From an uncultured Verrucomicrobiae bacterium (lineage in GTDB: Bacteria > Verrucomicrobiota > Verrucomicrobiia > Limisphaerales > Palsa-1400): 64,000 nucleotides of DNA. The position numbers were made by a program, and so were the translations under genes. Below the pieces are notes generated by a model. That model was not told the origin of the DNA, did no database searches, and saw only the letters and a list, made by a program, of their open reading frames with translations. The DNA is taken from positions 128,001 through 192,000 of the forward strand of contig CAVXRD010000003.1 of NCBI GenBank assembly GCA_963764165.1. The letters are read 5' to 3'. Every line of letters starts with the position of its first letter. Within the stretch, counting starts at the first letter, position 1. Of this stretch, positions 38,525 through 48,120 are shown piece after piece.

Positions 38525-41500
38525 ATGATCACTTGCGCCCAGAGCCGGCCCGGCGTCCTTCGCCGGGCCTTTATTCCGGCTGCCGCGCTTTGGCTGATGA
38601 TTTTTTCGTGCCGGGGCGATATCATCTGGAGCGATCTGGGAGAGACCCTGGCCCACCAAACCGGCGCGGGCGTGGATATTCTTGGCGGCGCCGTGAAGCG
38701 CGACGACTCCGCCTCGGATGCGCTTTACTTCAAATTTCATGTCAACCCTATTTCCGACGCCGGGACGGAACCGTATCTCGCCGCCTTCGAATTGTTCGAG
38801 GGCGATACGGAGCGGCTGGCGGTTGGCAATGCGCTCAACGCCTGGGCTTACGGCGCGTTCAACGTGGCGGAGGTCGGCAAAACGAACTTCAACGTATTCG
38901 AAACAGGCAAAACGAACAATGTGCCTGTCGATTACGGCATTGATCTGAATTCCTCGAAGCCCACCGCGGCCGGGCGCGGCGGATATTACGAATACGAATT
39001 GCCGCGGCAGGGCATCGTGCGGACGATCGTTTTTAAAGTGCAATTTGTTCCGGGCGGAAAAGATGAAATCACCGCATGGCTTGATCCTGATCTCGGTCCA
39101 GGCGCAACGGAATCCTCCCAGCCCACGAATCTCACCACGAAATTCGCGGCCAAGGCTTCGTTCAACCAAATCCGCCTCCGTCACGAGGGGCGCGGCGATG
39201 GCTGGATTTTCAGCGAAATGGCGATTGCAACCTCCTTCAGCGATTTTGTGCTCGATGGCTCAAGCCAGTCGACGGGAACGGGCGCCGCGATCCGGCGAAG
39301 CGAATTGCCGTTCTCATTCCGCGTGTGGCAGCGCGAACAGGGATTGCCGCAGAATTTTGTGCGCGCGCTTGCGCAAACCAAAGATGGTTATATGTGGATC
39401 GGCAGCGACGCAGGCGTCAGCCGGTTCGACGGGGTCAGGTTTGTTTCGTTTGGTTTGCCGGAAGGCTTTTTGGTGGGGCCGGCGCAGGTGCTGCTGGGCG
39501 ATAAAGAGGGAGCGTTGTGGATTGGGAGCGCGGGGCGGGGCTTGGGCCGGTGGCAGAACGGGCGCTTCACCCCCTTTACCACGCAAAACGGGCTTCCCTC
39601 AGATTCGGTAAACGCGCTGTCCGAAGACGATGAAGGCCGGATTTGGATTGGCACCGAGGGCGGGCTCGGATTCTGGCGAAATGGGCATTTGGAGAATTAC
39701 AGCTCAATGAACGGGAAGTCCGTCGTCGCGCTCTGCCACGGTGACAAAGCGACGTGGATCGGAGTCAAGGGCGAGGGTGTGTTCCGAATGCAGAACGGCA
39801 CCGTCAAGAAATGGAGCGACGAATCGTTTCTGGACGATCCGCACTGCCTGCTGGTGGATCGCGAGCATCGCCTTTGGGTCGGCGCGGGGCAGGATTCCAT
39901 CTTCTACCAGGAGCTTTCGAAGTCAGATAATTCGTGGCGGCATTACCGGTTTCCCCGCCGTCTGGCGCGGCACTACATGAGCGCGCTGGCGGAGGATCCG
40001 GACGGCACGGTTTGGGCGGGCTCCGTCAGCGAGGGATTGTTTCAATTCAAGCACGGCAAACTTGTCGCGGTCAATGCCACCAGCGGGCTTGCCGATAGTT
40101 TGGTCGAGGCGCTGCTGGTGGATCGTGAAGGGAAACTTTGGGTCGGGACGCACGGCGGGTTAAATCGCCTGCGCCCGAAAAATATTTCCGTCATCAGCTC
40201 CAGCGAGGGACTGGGAAAAGGGGCGGTGCAGGGATTGGCCGAAGTCGCGCCCGGTCTGATTTGGGCCAGCAAGGCGAGCGAGGGGATTTTCGCCTGGGAC
40301 GGGCGCTACTTCACCGCCGTGCAGGCCGATGGCCTTTCCCCGCAAGACGGTTCGGTGGGGCCGCTGCTGGCGGCCAAGGATGGCAGTTGCTGGGTGGCCG
40401 GACCACGTGGACTTCTCCAATTCACCCATCCGCGCGGCCTGGAAACCAACGCCGGCCTGCCTGCGCTGACAAATCTGGAAATCAGCGCTCTCGCCGAAGA
40501 CGCCAAAGGCCGCATTTGGGCTGGCACACGCCAGGGCGAACTTTGGTGGAAGGACAACGACCAATGGCATTCGCAGAAGAACGGCGCCCACAGCCACGCC
40601 ATCACCGCCATCACTCCAGGATTCGGCGATGCTATTTGGGTGGGAACGGCGGGCGACGGATTGTTCCGCACCTCGGAAAAAGCGGATGGCCGCTGGGAAA
40701 AATGCACAGGTCTTTTGAGCGAGTGGATCCGGACGCTGCTCGCCGATGCGCGCGGCAATGTTTGGATTGGCACCGGCGGCGGCGGGTTGAGCCGATGGCG
40801 CTCCGATTCGCTCACGACCTTTACCATGCGCGAGGGCCTTCCCGACAATACTATTTCACAAATTCTGGAGGATGGCAGCGGCAACCTGTGGCTTGGCGGA
40901 GACCGCGGAATTGTGCGCGTCAGCGAAAAGGAATTGGATGATGTGGCGTCGCATAAAATTCAAGCCGGTTATCCCGAGGTCTACGGGCGCAACGAAGGAA
41001 TGCTCTCAGAGGAGTGCATCAGCGGATTTTTCCCACTCGGGCTTAAGACCCGTTCTGGTTTGCTTTGGTTTCCCACGCAGGAGGGAGTTGCGGTGGCGGA
41101 TCCCAACCATCTCGCGCCGCCGACGCCCCCGCCCGCCGTTGTCCTCGAGGAGATGCTGGTGGACGGCGTGCCGGTGACGGCGGATTCGCTGCACCTCGGC
41201 CCCGGCAAGCACCGCCTGGAATTTCGTTACACTGGTTTGGATTTCGATGCGCCGGAGCGGGTCCGTTTCCGCTATCGCCTGGAAGGCTTGGTGCCGGAAT
41301 GGGTTGAAGCGGGATCAAGCCGCTCGGCGTCATTTCCCTATGTGCCTTACGGCAATTATCGTTTTGAAGTGGTGGCGGGGAACGGGCAGGGGAACTGGAC
41401 GGCCTCCGGCGCCGGTGTCGACGTCGTTGTGAAACCTTACCTTTGGCAGACGTGGTGGTTTCGCGTCCCCGCTGTTGTTGGTTTGATTGCGTTGATTGCC

Positions 41501-42208
41501 ATCGCGGCGCGCGTCGCTGAAAAACGCAAACTCCAACGACGTGTCGACCAATTGGAAAAAGAGCGCGCGCTCGCCCGGGAACGCGAGCGCATCGCGCGGG
41601 ATTTGCACGACGATCTTGGCTCGTCGCTGGCGCGGATTTCGCTATTGAGCGGCCTGCTCAAGGCGGATCGCGACAATTCCCAACAGATCGAGAGCCACGC
41701 CATCAAGATTTCCCAATCCGCCGACCAAACCGTGCGGGCGCTGGAGGAAATCGTTTGGGCTGTGCGCCCCGGCAGCGATACGCTGCAGAGCCTGGTGGAA
41801 TATATGGCGCATTTTGCCAACGAACTTTTCGACGGAACGGGAATTCACTGCCGCCTGGATCTGCCATTGGATTTGCCCGCGCGCCCGCTGCCGCCAGATG
41901 TTCGCCATAACGTTTTCCTGGTTGTCAAGGAAGCCTTGACCAACGCTGTCAAACATGCCGGAGCGAAGGAAGTTTTCGTGCAGGCGCGCGCCACGGAAGA
42001 TTCGCTGGAACTGCTGGTGCAGGATGACGGCAAGGGATTCAATCCGGCAACTGCAAGGCGGGGCCAGGGCTTGGAAAACATGCGCCGCCGCGCCCAGGCG
42101 AACGGGGAGCAGGTGGATATTCAAACGGCCCCGGGCAAGGGCACGACCGTCCGCATAAAACTGCATTTTGCGCCCCTCCACTCCAATGGCCGGGCGGTGG
42201 TGGCATAG
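38525..42208 (+). CDS. Beta-propeller (Reg_prop)/Y_Y_Y sensor histidine kinase, NarX-type, with an extra N-terminal domain
   Basis: Repeated GLP.N.V..L..D..G..WIG blades, RFRYRLEG, ER.RIARDLHD, EALTN..KH, G.GL.NM. Confidence 0.92.
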   Translation: MITCAQSRPGVLRRAFIPAAALWLMIFSCRGDIIWSDLGETLAHQTGAGVDILGGAVKRDDSASDALYFKFHVNPISDAGTEPYLAAFELFEGDTERLAVGNALNAWAYGAFNVAEVGKTNFNVFETGKTNNVPVDYGIDLNSSKPTAAGRGGYYEYELPRQGIVRTIVFKVQFVPGGKDEITAWLDPDLGPGATESSQPTNLTTKFAAKASFNQIRLRHEGRGDGWIFSEMAIATSFSDFVLDGSSQSTGTGAAIRRSELPFSFRVWQREQGLPQNFVRALAQTKDGYMWIGSDAGVSRFDGVRFVSFGLPEGFLVGPAQVLLGDKEGALWIGSAGRGLGRWQNGRFTPFTTQNGLPSDSVNALSEDDEGRIWIGTEGGLGFWRNGHLENYSSMNGKSVVALCHGDKATWIGVKGEGVFRMQNGTVKKWSDESFLDDPHCLLVDREHRLWVGAGQDSIFYQELSKSDNSWRHYRFPRRLARHYMSALAEDPDGTVWAGSVSEGLFQFKHGKLVAVNATSGLADSLVEALLVDREGKLWVGTHGGLNRLRPKNISVISSSEGLGKGAVQGLAEVAPGLIWASKASEGIFAWDGRYFTAVQADGLSPQDGSVGPLLAAKDGSCWVAGPRGLLQFTHPRGLETNAGLPALTNLEISALAEDAKGRIWAGTRQGELWWKDNDQWHSQKNGAHSHAITAITPGFGDAIWVGTAGDGLFRTSEKADGRWEKCTGLLSEWIRTLLADARGNVWIGTGGGGLSRWRSDSLTTFTMREGLPDNTISQILEDGSGNLWLGGDRGIVRVSEKELDDVASHKIQAGYPEVYGRNEGMLSEECISGFFPLGLKTRSGLLWFPTQEGVAVADPNHLAPPTPPPAVVLEEMLVDGVPVTADSLHLGPGKHRLEFRYTGLDFDAPERVRFRYRLEGLVPEWVEAGSSRSASFPYVPYGNYRFEVVAGNGQGNWTASGAGVDVVVKPYLWQTWWFRVPAVVGLIALIAIAARVAEKRKLQRRVDQLEKERALARERERIARDLHDDLGSSLARISLLSGLLKADRDNSQQIESHAIKISQSADQTVRALEEIVWAVRPGSDTLQSLVEYMAHFANELFDGTGIHCRLDLPLDLPARPLPPDVRHNVFLVVKEALTNAVKHAGAKEVFVQARATEDSLELLVQDDGKGFNPATARRGQGLENMRRRAQANGEQVDIQTAPGKGTTVRIKLHFAPLHSNGRAVVA

Positions 42209-42221
42209 GACAAGATTTGTT

Positions 42222-42860
42222 ATGGCAGAAAAAACTCCCATTCGCGTGGCTATTGTTGACGACGACGAAGGCATTCGCGCCAGCCTCGCGACCTTAATCC
42301 GGCGCTCGCCGGACTTGAGCATGTCGGGCGATTATCCCGACGCCGAGACCGCGCTGAAGGAAATTCCCAAGCGCCCGCCGGATGTCGTGCTGATGGACAT
42401 TAATTTGCCGGGCATCAAAGGCGTGGAGTGCGTGCAGCAGCTCAAATCAGCCCTTCCTCAGGTGCAATTCCTGATGCTGACGGTATACGAGGACAGCGAT
42501 TCGCTTTTTAATTCCCTGAAAGCGGGCGCGAGCGGTTACTTGCTCAAGCGCACGGCTTCGGCGCGGCTTTTGGAAGCGATCCATGACGTTCATGCCGGCG
42601 GTTCGCCCATGACTCCGCAATTGGCGCGCCGCGTCGTGCAATTCTTCGCCAAGCCGGCGGGCAATGTCTCGCCCGTCTCGCGCCTCGCGCCGGGGGAGAA
42701 GGAGTTCTTGGATTTATTGGCGAAAGGCTACGCCTACAAGGAAATCGCCGATAGAATGACGATTAGCATCGATACCGTGAGAAGCTATGTTCGCACGGTA
42801 TATGAGAAGCTTCATGTCCACTCGCGGACGGAGGCGGTGGTGAAGTATTTGAAAGGCTGA
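42222..42860 (+). CDS. NarL/LuxR response regulator
   Basis: IVDDD, VLMDI, GASGYLLK, YKEIA, YEKLHV. Confidence 0.93.
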   Translation: MAEKTPIRVAIVDDDEGIRASLATLIRRSPDLSMSGDYPDAETALKEIPKRPPDVVLMDINLPGIKGVECVQQLKSALPQVQFLMLTVYEDSDSLFNSLKAGASGYLLKRTASARLLEAIHDVHAGGSPMTPQLARRVVQFFAKPAGNVSPVSRLAPGEKEFLDLLAKGYAYKEIADRMTISIDTVRSYVRTVYEKLHVHSRTEAVVKYLKG

Positions 42861-42871
42861 CGAACGCCGTT

Positions 42872-43723
42872 TCAGTAAGGCGTCCGCTGGGCGAGCCAAG
42901 CCAGGTCCACCGAGGGGTTCCCGGTAATATCAACCTGCTCGGCATGGTACTCATACATGACAGGGTAGGTAGACCTCGAATCCCTCCATTTGTGGATCTC
43001 AGCGTGGCCGTCCGCAAAGCTGATGCCGACAGAATTGTTATGCATGCCTCCGGGCAGTTCCAGAAATTCGCCAAGGCCATTGGTCTCGCTTGGGTTTACA
43101 TACAGAATGGAGTCATCCATCCAGTCAGGATGCTCATCCATGGTCAGCCAGCTCATGGAGGGGCCGGGATTCCGAAAGTCGCTCATTTTCAGAATGGCAT
43201 TGGTCAATGGCCAGCCCGGATTATACTTTTGCCCGCCCCCAATGTTGCCGTCCATCGTTACGCTGCGGCACCGGTTAGCCCAGCCCATCGCCCGTTGTGG
43301 CGAGCTAGAGTATGTATCGGCCGGGCAGGAAAAGATGAAATAGTTCTTTCCAATGTAAGACCCGAGCAATGAAGCAAGCGGGCTTGTCAAATACTGGAAA
43401 TTCGTGTTCACCGACGACGAAGTCCAATCCAGCCAGCCTTCGCACCAAGCCGGCGTTCCGGGCGGAGTGGAAGAGGGCATGTATGTGCCAAAGTCATGAT
43501 AGTCGAAATTGAGCGGCAACACATCTCTGCTGTCACCGGCGTACATCACCCAGGCGAGCTGCATTTGCTTCTCGTTGCTCATGCACTTGGTCGACATGGC
43601 CTCACTGCGCGCCTTGGACAAGGCCGGGAGAAGCAATGCGGCAAGGATTGCAATAATGGCAATCACGACCAGCAGCTCAATCAGGGTGAATCCGTTTTTT
43701 TTCGGTGCTTTGGATGTGTTCAT
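42872..43723 (-). CDS. Prepilin-type N-terminal cleavage protein with H-X9-DG motif (PVC pseudopilin)
   Basis: [43 protein letters not shown]. Confidence 0.93.
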   Translation of the reverse strand: MNTSKAPKKNGFTLIELLVVIAIIAILAALLLPALSKARSEAMSTKCMSNEKQMQLAWVMYAGDSRDVLPLNFDYHDFGTYMPSSTPPGTPAWCEGWLDWTSSSVNTNFQYLTSPLASLLGSYIGKNYFIFSCPADTYSSSPQRAMGWANRCRSVTMDGNIGGGQKYNPGWPLTNAILKMSDFRNPGPSMSWLTMDEHPDWMDDSILYVNPSETNGLGEFLELPGGMHNNSVGISFADGHAEIHKWRDSRSTYPVMYEYHAEQVDITGNPSVDLAWLAQRTPY

Positions 43724-43735
43724 ACTTAGTCGTTG

Positions 43736-43773
43736 GCGCCCCGCCCGGCGCCAATGGCATCCGGGCGGGGCGC
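43736..43773. promoter_or_regulatory. Intercistronic 13-bp GC stem-loop
   Basis: GCGCCCCGCCCGG / CCGGGCGGGGCGC between the CBM-like gene and the pseudopilin gene. Confidence 0.55.
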
Positions 43774-43783
43774 CTCTATGATT

Positions 43784-45577
43784 CTAATTCGGTCCAACCA
43801 GCCGGTAGAAGACGCTGCCGGAGCCGACGCTGAAGTTCGTCGTGGCGATTCCGCCCGGGGCAACGATGAGGTTGGTGCCGTCCGTCAGCGGCTGGGGCGT
43901 CCAAGGCCCGGCCAGGCTGCTGGCCGACTGCACCTGCACGCCGCGGCGGCCAAGCCACGATAGGGAAACCTGGGTTCCGTTGGTGCGCGCGATGGTGAGA
44001 TTGCCCGCCGGAAGTTCCGTCTGCAAGCTTGCTCCCTGGCTGCCAAATGTATCCACCGGCATCGTGTAATTGGGGAGGCTGCGAATCCAACGGGAATGGT
44101 TGTCGCCAAACCCGGCTTCATTGTCGAAACCATTGATGCTGTATTTGTAAGTTAGCTCGTCGTTCTGGCCCTCGTTCACGGGAACGGTTGCGGTGAACAA
44201 GGTGGTGTTGGGAATCTGGGTCATGGCTGTTCCGGCGTTGCCCGGGAACGGCGGTTGAGCCCACGTGGCAAAACTATTATTGACCCCGTTGTTAAGGCCG
44301 TTGATATAAATGGTGTCGCTCGAGGGATACGCGTTATCGAACACCGTTCCATCGGTGCCCACCGCGTTGGTCATTTGAACGGTAAACGTGACCATGCAAT
44401 TCGTGACCGTGACGAAGTCGATCAAAGCGCTCGGCGGCTCGTCGCTGAAGTAGACGGGGCCGTTTGTGACGTAAACCACGCCGCCAACAAGGTCGCCGGT
44501 TTTTTGGATCACAAGGGTGCGGTTTCCGCCGCCGGCGATGTTTTCCCATTGCGTGCCGGGCTGAATCACGTACTTGAAGTAATGATCGGCTCCCGGCGCG
44601 TCAACGTAGGTGATTTGCGTGGAATAAATGTTGGGTGTCGCGCTGGAAGGATTGTTTGTCATCGTCGTTCCGCCGCCCCAGGCATTGTAATCTCCGTGAA
44701 TTTCAACCGTGTTTCCATTGGTGAAGTTTCCCGCCTCAATCTGAGTGGTCATGTCAATTTGGAACGTGACGGCGTTCGTCGCAGTCAAACTGGAGAATGG
44801 CGTGTCGCTGTAATTCACCAAAGGCAATACTTGGGTGACGTTGAGGAAGGCGCGATTTTGGCCGGCATCGGGATCGCCCGAGGTGGGCTGTTCGTATTGA
44901 TCCGAGCCATTGTTATAGACGAATTTGTATTCCGCGGCCGCTCCGGGCGACGCGGACCACGTTGTGTATGTGCCTTGGTAGGGAAGCGAGGAGATCTGGC
45001 CCTGGCCATTGGTGACGTTTAGCGCCGGATTGTTTGTCAACTGAAATTCATCATTCCAGCCTTCGAACGACCCTTGGCAATAAACAGGGTCGCTCACGTT
45101 GAAATTGCCCAGGTTGAGCTGCTCGGCCATGTCGACCTGGAAGGTGATGCTGTTTGTCACCGGCGTGCCGTCGTCGTCCCAAAATTGAACGGGCAGCACA
45201 AGTGTCCCACCGTTGGCGGGCAGGGTGACGCAGTAATTATCATTGTCGTCCTGGCTGCTGTAGGAAGCGACGCTGCTGCCCGAGACGATGCGATACTGCC
45301 AGTCCATCCCCTTGCCGTTGGCATCGGATGTGTCCACGTAGGTTCCAGTATAAAGATTTGGATTGGCGGCGTTGGGGTTGTTGGTCAGAATGGAGCCAAG
45401 ATTGGCCCATCCGTCAAACGTGCCGCTGGCCACCACGGTTTGACCGGCGGTAAGCGGGTTGTTGCTCAAGTCTACTTGAAACGTCACCGTCGTTTGGGCC
45501 GAAGCGGCCAATGCGCAGAGGATCGCGCCCGCCCATAGGGCACGGCAGGCGGATTTGGCGGAGAATGATGGATTCAT
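43784..45577 (-). CDS. Secreted protein with four CBM20/CBM48-like repeats and an FYRL C-terminal domain
   Basis: Four TF.VD/QM...G.F.GW....T...YK[YF] modules; signal peptide. Confidence 0.7.
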   Translation of the reverse strand: MNPSFSAKSACRALWAGAILCALAASAQTTVTFQVDLSNNPLTAGQTVVASGTFDGWANLGSILTNNPNAANPNLYTGTYVDTSDANGKGMDWQYRIVSGSSVASYSSQDDNDNYCVTLPANGGTLVLPVQFWDDDGTPVTNSITFQVDMAEQLNLGNFNVSDPVYCQGSFEGWNDEFQLTNNPALNVTNGQGQISSLPYQGTYTTWSASPGAAAEYKFVYNNGSDQYEQPTSGDPDAGQNRAFLNVTQVLPLVNYSDTPFSSLTATNAVTFQIDMTTQIEAGNFTNGNTVEIHGDYNAWGGGTTMTNNPSSATPNIYSTQITYVDAPGADHYFKYVIQPGTQWENIAGGGNRTLVIQKTGDLVGGVVYVTNGPVYFSDEPPSALIDFVTVTNCMVTFTVQMTNAVGTDGTVFDNAYPSSDTIYINGLNNGVNNSFATWAQPPFPGNAGTAMTQIPNTTLFTATVPVNEGQNDELTYKYSINGFDNEAGFGDNHSRWIRSLPNYTMPVDTFGSQGASLQTELPAGNLTIARTNGTQVSLSWLGRRGVQVQSASSLAGPWTPQPLTDGTNLIVAPGGIATTNFSVGSGSVFYRLVGPN

Positions 45578-45735
45578 AGTGTATTATGTATAAAGACTTC
45601 TTGGGTCAGCATCGAATCTACCAAGTCCGCGGGTTCGCCTCTACCGCACATTTGTGCGGTCTTGGTTGGGGTGCGCAGAAGTGTGGCTAATGATTGTTTT
45701 GACAGTGGCCGGCCCCGATTTTGCAATGCCATTTC

Positions 45736-47994
45736 TCACGGGCGCGATTGGGATTGTTTGGCCGCCGCGAGGTAGGCGCCGGCGGATTTGTTGGATGGAT
45801 CGAGCCTCAGCGTCTCCGCGAATTGCCGTTCGGCGCCGGCGTTATCCTTGAGCTTGAGCAGGGCGACGCCAAGATTGAGGTGGCCCATGGCGAATTCAGG
45901 CCGGAGACGGATGACGTTTTCGAACTCCGCCTTTGCCTCGGAAATTTGGCCCGCCATGCCGAGCTCGCCTCCAAGGTCGTAGTGCGCTTCCCAATCGGCA
46001 GCGTCCAGTTCCACCGCACGCCGGAAGCTGCGCAAGGCCTCGCTGGGGCGCTTCATCAGCGACAAAGCCTTGCCTTCGTAAACATACGTTTGCGCGTCGT
46101 TCGGCTGGAGCGCGGCGGCGCGCTGGTAATTGGTCATGGCATTGGCCAGTTTCCCCTCGTAGGCATCGAGTTTTCCAAGCTCGCGCCAGGCTTCGGCGTA
46201 ACGTGGATGAAGTTTCACCGCGGCTTGAAACGCTTCCCGCGCCGGCTCGGCGGCGCCTTGTTTTTCCAGCAATTGCCCTTCGACGAGGCACGCGTAGGGA
46301 TTTCGAGGCATCAATTCACGAGCCTGTTTCCATTCAAGCGCCGCCAGTTTGACATCGCCGACCAAATCGAGAAACTCGCCGTAATTCTGGTGCAATTCGT
46401 AATCGCGCGGACTTCGCGCAATGGCGTCGAGGTAAAGCGCGCGGGCGTTCGCGGCGGCGTCGGTGTCGCCCGCGTGCATCAGGGAATTGATGCGGCTGTT
46501 CAAATCCGCGATGCGCTGGGCGTTGTTAAATTGCGAATTGAGCGGGGATCGTTCCATCCGCTGGCGGACGGCGTTGTAAACGTCGCGCCGATTCCAATCG
46601 GTCAAGCCAAGGCGCTTTTCGCATGTTTGCTGCGAAGCCCAGGCGCTGGCCTCCTTGCTTTTGATGGCGTCTGGAAAAAACCGCGCGGCCTGGCCAGCCC
46701 AGAGCAGCGCGAGCTTGTAATTCCCGTCGAAATTGAAATGGACGTGCTCGTAAAACGTTTCGCGGCCGGGAATGGCGCCCGGCTGCGGCAGAGAGCTGGC
46801 CGCATCGCACAAGACCAATCCGGCATCGGCCATTTCGCGCGAGGCTTGGCGAATAATGCCGTTAATGCGGGAATCCGCCCGGAAGGGCAGAGCGTCGTCA
46901 TCGCAGGCGTTTTGGAGATGCTCTGCTGCTTCTGTATCCTTGTGAATTTGCAGGAGGCACTGGCCTTGGCCGAACTGCGCGTCGGCCCATTTCGGGTCAA
47001 GCTGCGCGGCGGCGGCGAACGCGGTGGCCGCTTGCGTCCAATCATCTTTCGACGCCGCCGCCCGACCCTCCGCGCAAAGACGTTCGCATTTTTCCCGGCT
47101 CGCAGGATCGATATTTTGCGCATGCATGGAGGCGAACGGCGGGCAATCCTTTAAGTTGACAGAAACGGTGTTGAGGAGCACGAAGGCTCCGCTTTTCCGG
47201 CCTGCGCGGACGATGTCCGCGAGATTGCGCTGGAAGTTTTTATAGACGACTTCTTTGCGCGCGTCATCGGGGGCGAGTTCGTTGCCCAGGAACATTTGCA
47301 ATCCGCCCCAAACCGCGGGGGCGGACGAGTGGCCCATCCATTTGCGCGTGACGCTCATCAACCATTGGCCGACGCGCGTCTTTTGAATCGCCAGGCCGAG
47401 GCGGACGGCGGGCCAAGGCGGGGCCTTGGCGCCGAAAACAGTCGCCGCGCCAAACGGCCCGATCATTTCGTTGTTTCCCATGTAAACGATCCAGAGATCG
47501 CCCTTGTATTCAGCGCATTCGCGGGCAATCGGCAGAATGACATGGGAATTGATCGCGGTGATGGCGACATTGACCACCTCAAAATTCACGCCCGGGTAGC
47601 GCTCCCGGAGAAGCGCCTGCAAATACCGCCCCGCCCCGAAAGCCGGCTCCGGATCGCCTTGCGCGGCGGATTCCCCGAAAATAAAAATGCGGTAAGTCCC
47701 GGCGTCTTTTTTGGCTTCGACCATCAACGGACTCAGCCAGCGCGAAAGCTCCGGTGGAAAGAAGCGCAAACTGAAGCTCTCTTGATTCAGCAGATAATCC
47801 TTGCCGCCCAGCCGCGCCTTTTCAAACAGGCAGGTATCGAATCCGTATCCCGCGATCCGCAGCCCAGCCTCAAGCGAGCCAAACACGATCAAAGGAACAA
47901 CCAGCAACGCGAGCAGGCGAAAGAGCCACTTGAAGCGCGGCGGCGCTGCCGACGCCGGGGGGCCAGTTCGTTTCTTATTCGACCGCGGGTTCAA
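45736..47994 (-). CDS. Membrane-anchored SGNH/GDSL-like domain plus TPR protein
   Basis: LE..LR..GYG, FGESAA.G, Y.GNNE, EHVH, C-terminal TPRs. Confidence 0.82.
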   Translation of the reverse strand: MNPRSNKKRTGPPASAAPPRFKWLFRLLALLVVPLIVFGSLEAGLRIAGYGFDTCLFEKARLGGKDYLLNQESFSLRFFPPELSRWLSPLMVEAKKDAGTYRIFIFGESAAQGDPEPAFGAGRYLQALLRERYPGVNFEVVNVAITAINSHVILPIARECAEYKGDLWIVYMGNNEMIGPFGAATVFGAKAPPWPAVRLGLAIQKTRVGQWLMSVTRKWMGHSSAPAVWGGLQMFLGNELAPDDARKEVVYKNFQRNLADIVRAGRKSGAFVLLNTVSVNLKDCPPFASMHAQNIDPASREKCERLCAEGRAAASKDDWTQAATAFAAAAQLDPKWADAQFGQGQCLLQIHKDTEAAEHLQNACDDDALPFRADSRINGIIRQASREMADAGLVLCDAASSLPQPGAIPGRETFYEHVHFNFDGNYKLALLWAGQAARFFPDAIKSKEASAWASQQTCEKRLGLTDWNRRDVYNAVRQRMERSPLNSQFNNAQRIADLNSRINSLMHAGDTDAAANARALYLDAIARSPRDYELHQNYGEFLDLVGDVKLAALEWKQARELMPRNPYACLVEGQLLEKQGAAEPAREAFQAAVKLHPRYAEAWRELGKLDAYEGKLANAMTNYQRAAALQPNDAQTYVYEGKALSLMKRPSEALRSFRRAVELDAADWEAHYDLGGELGMAGQISEAKAEFENVIRLRPEFAMGHLNLGVALLKLKDNAGAERQFAETLRLDPSNKSAGAYLAAAKQSQSRP

Positions 47995-48120
47995 TGCTCA
48001 TTAAGAGGCATGAAAATGGCTGCCTTCGCAACCACATAAACATGCGGAGCGTGAAGCTCTTTTATGAGCAAATATTTTGCCCTGCGTCGCGCTCCTGATA
48101 TACTCGCTGCCAACAGACCC

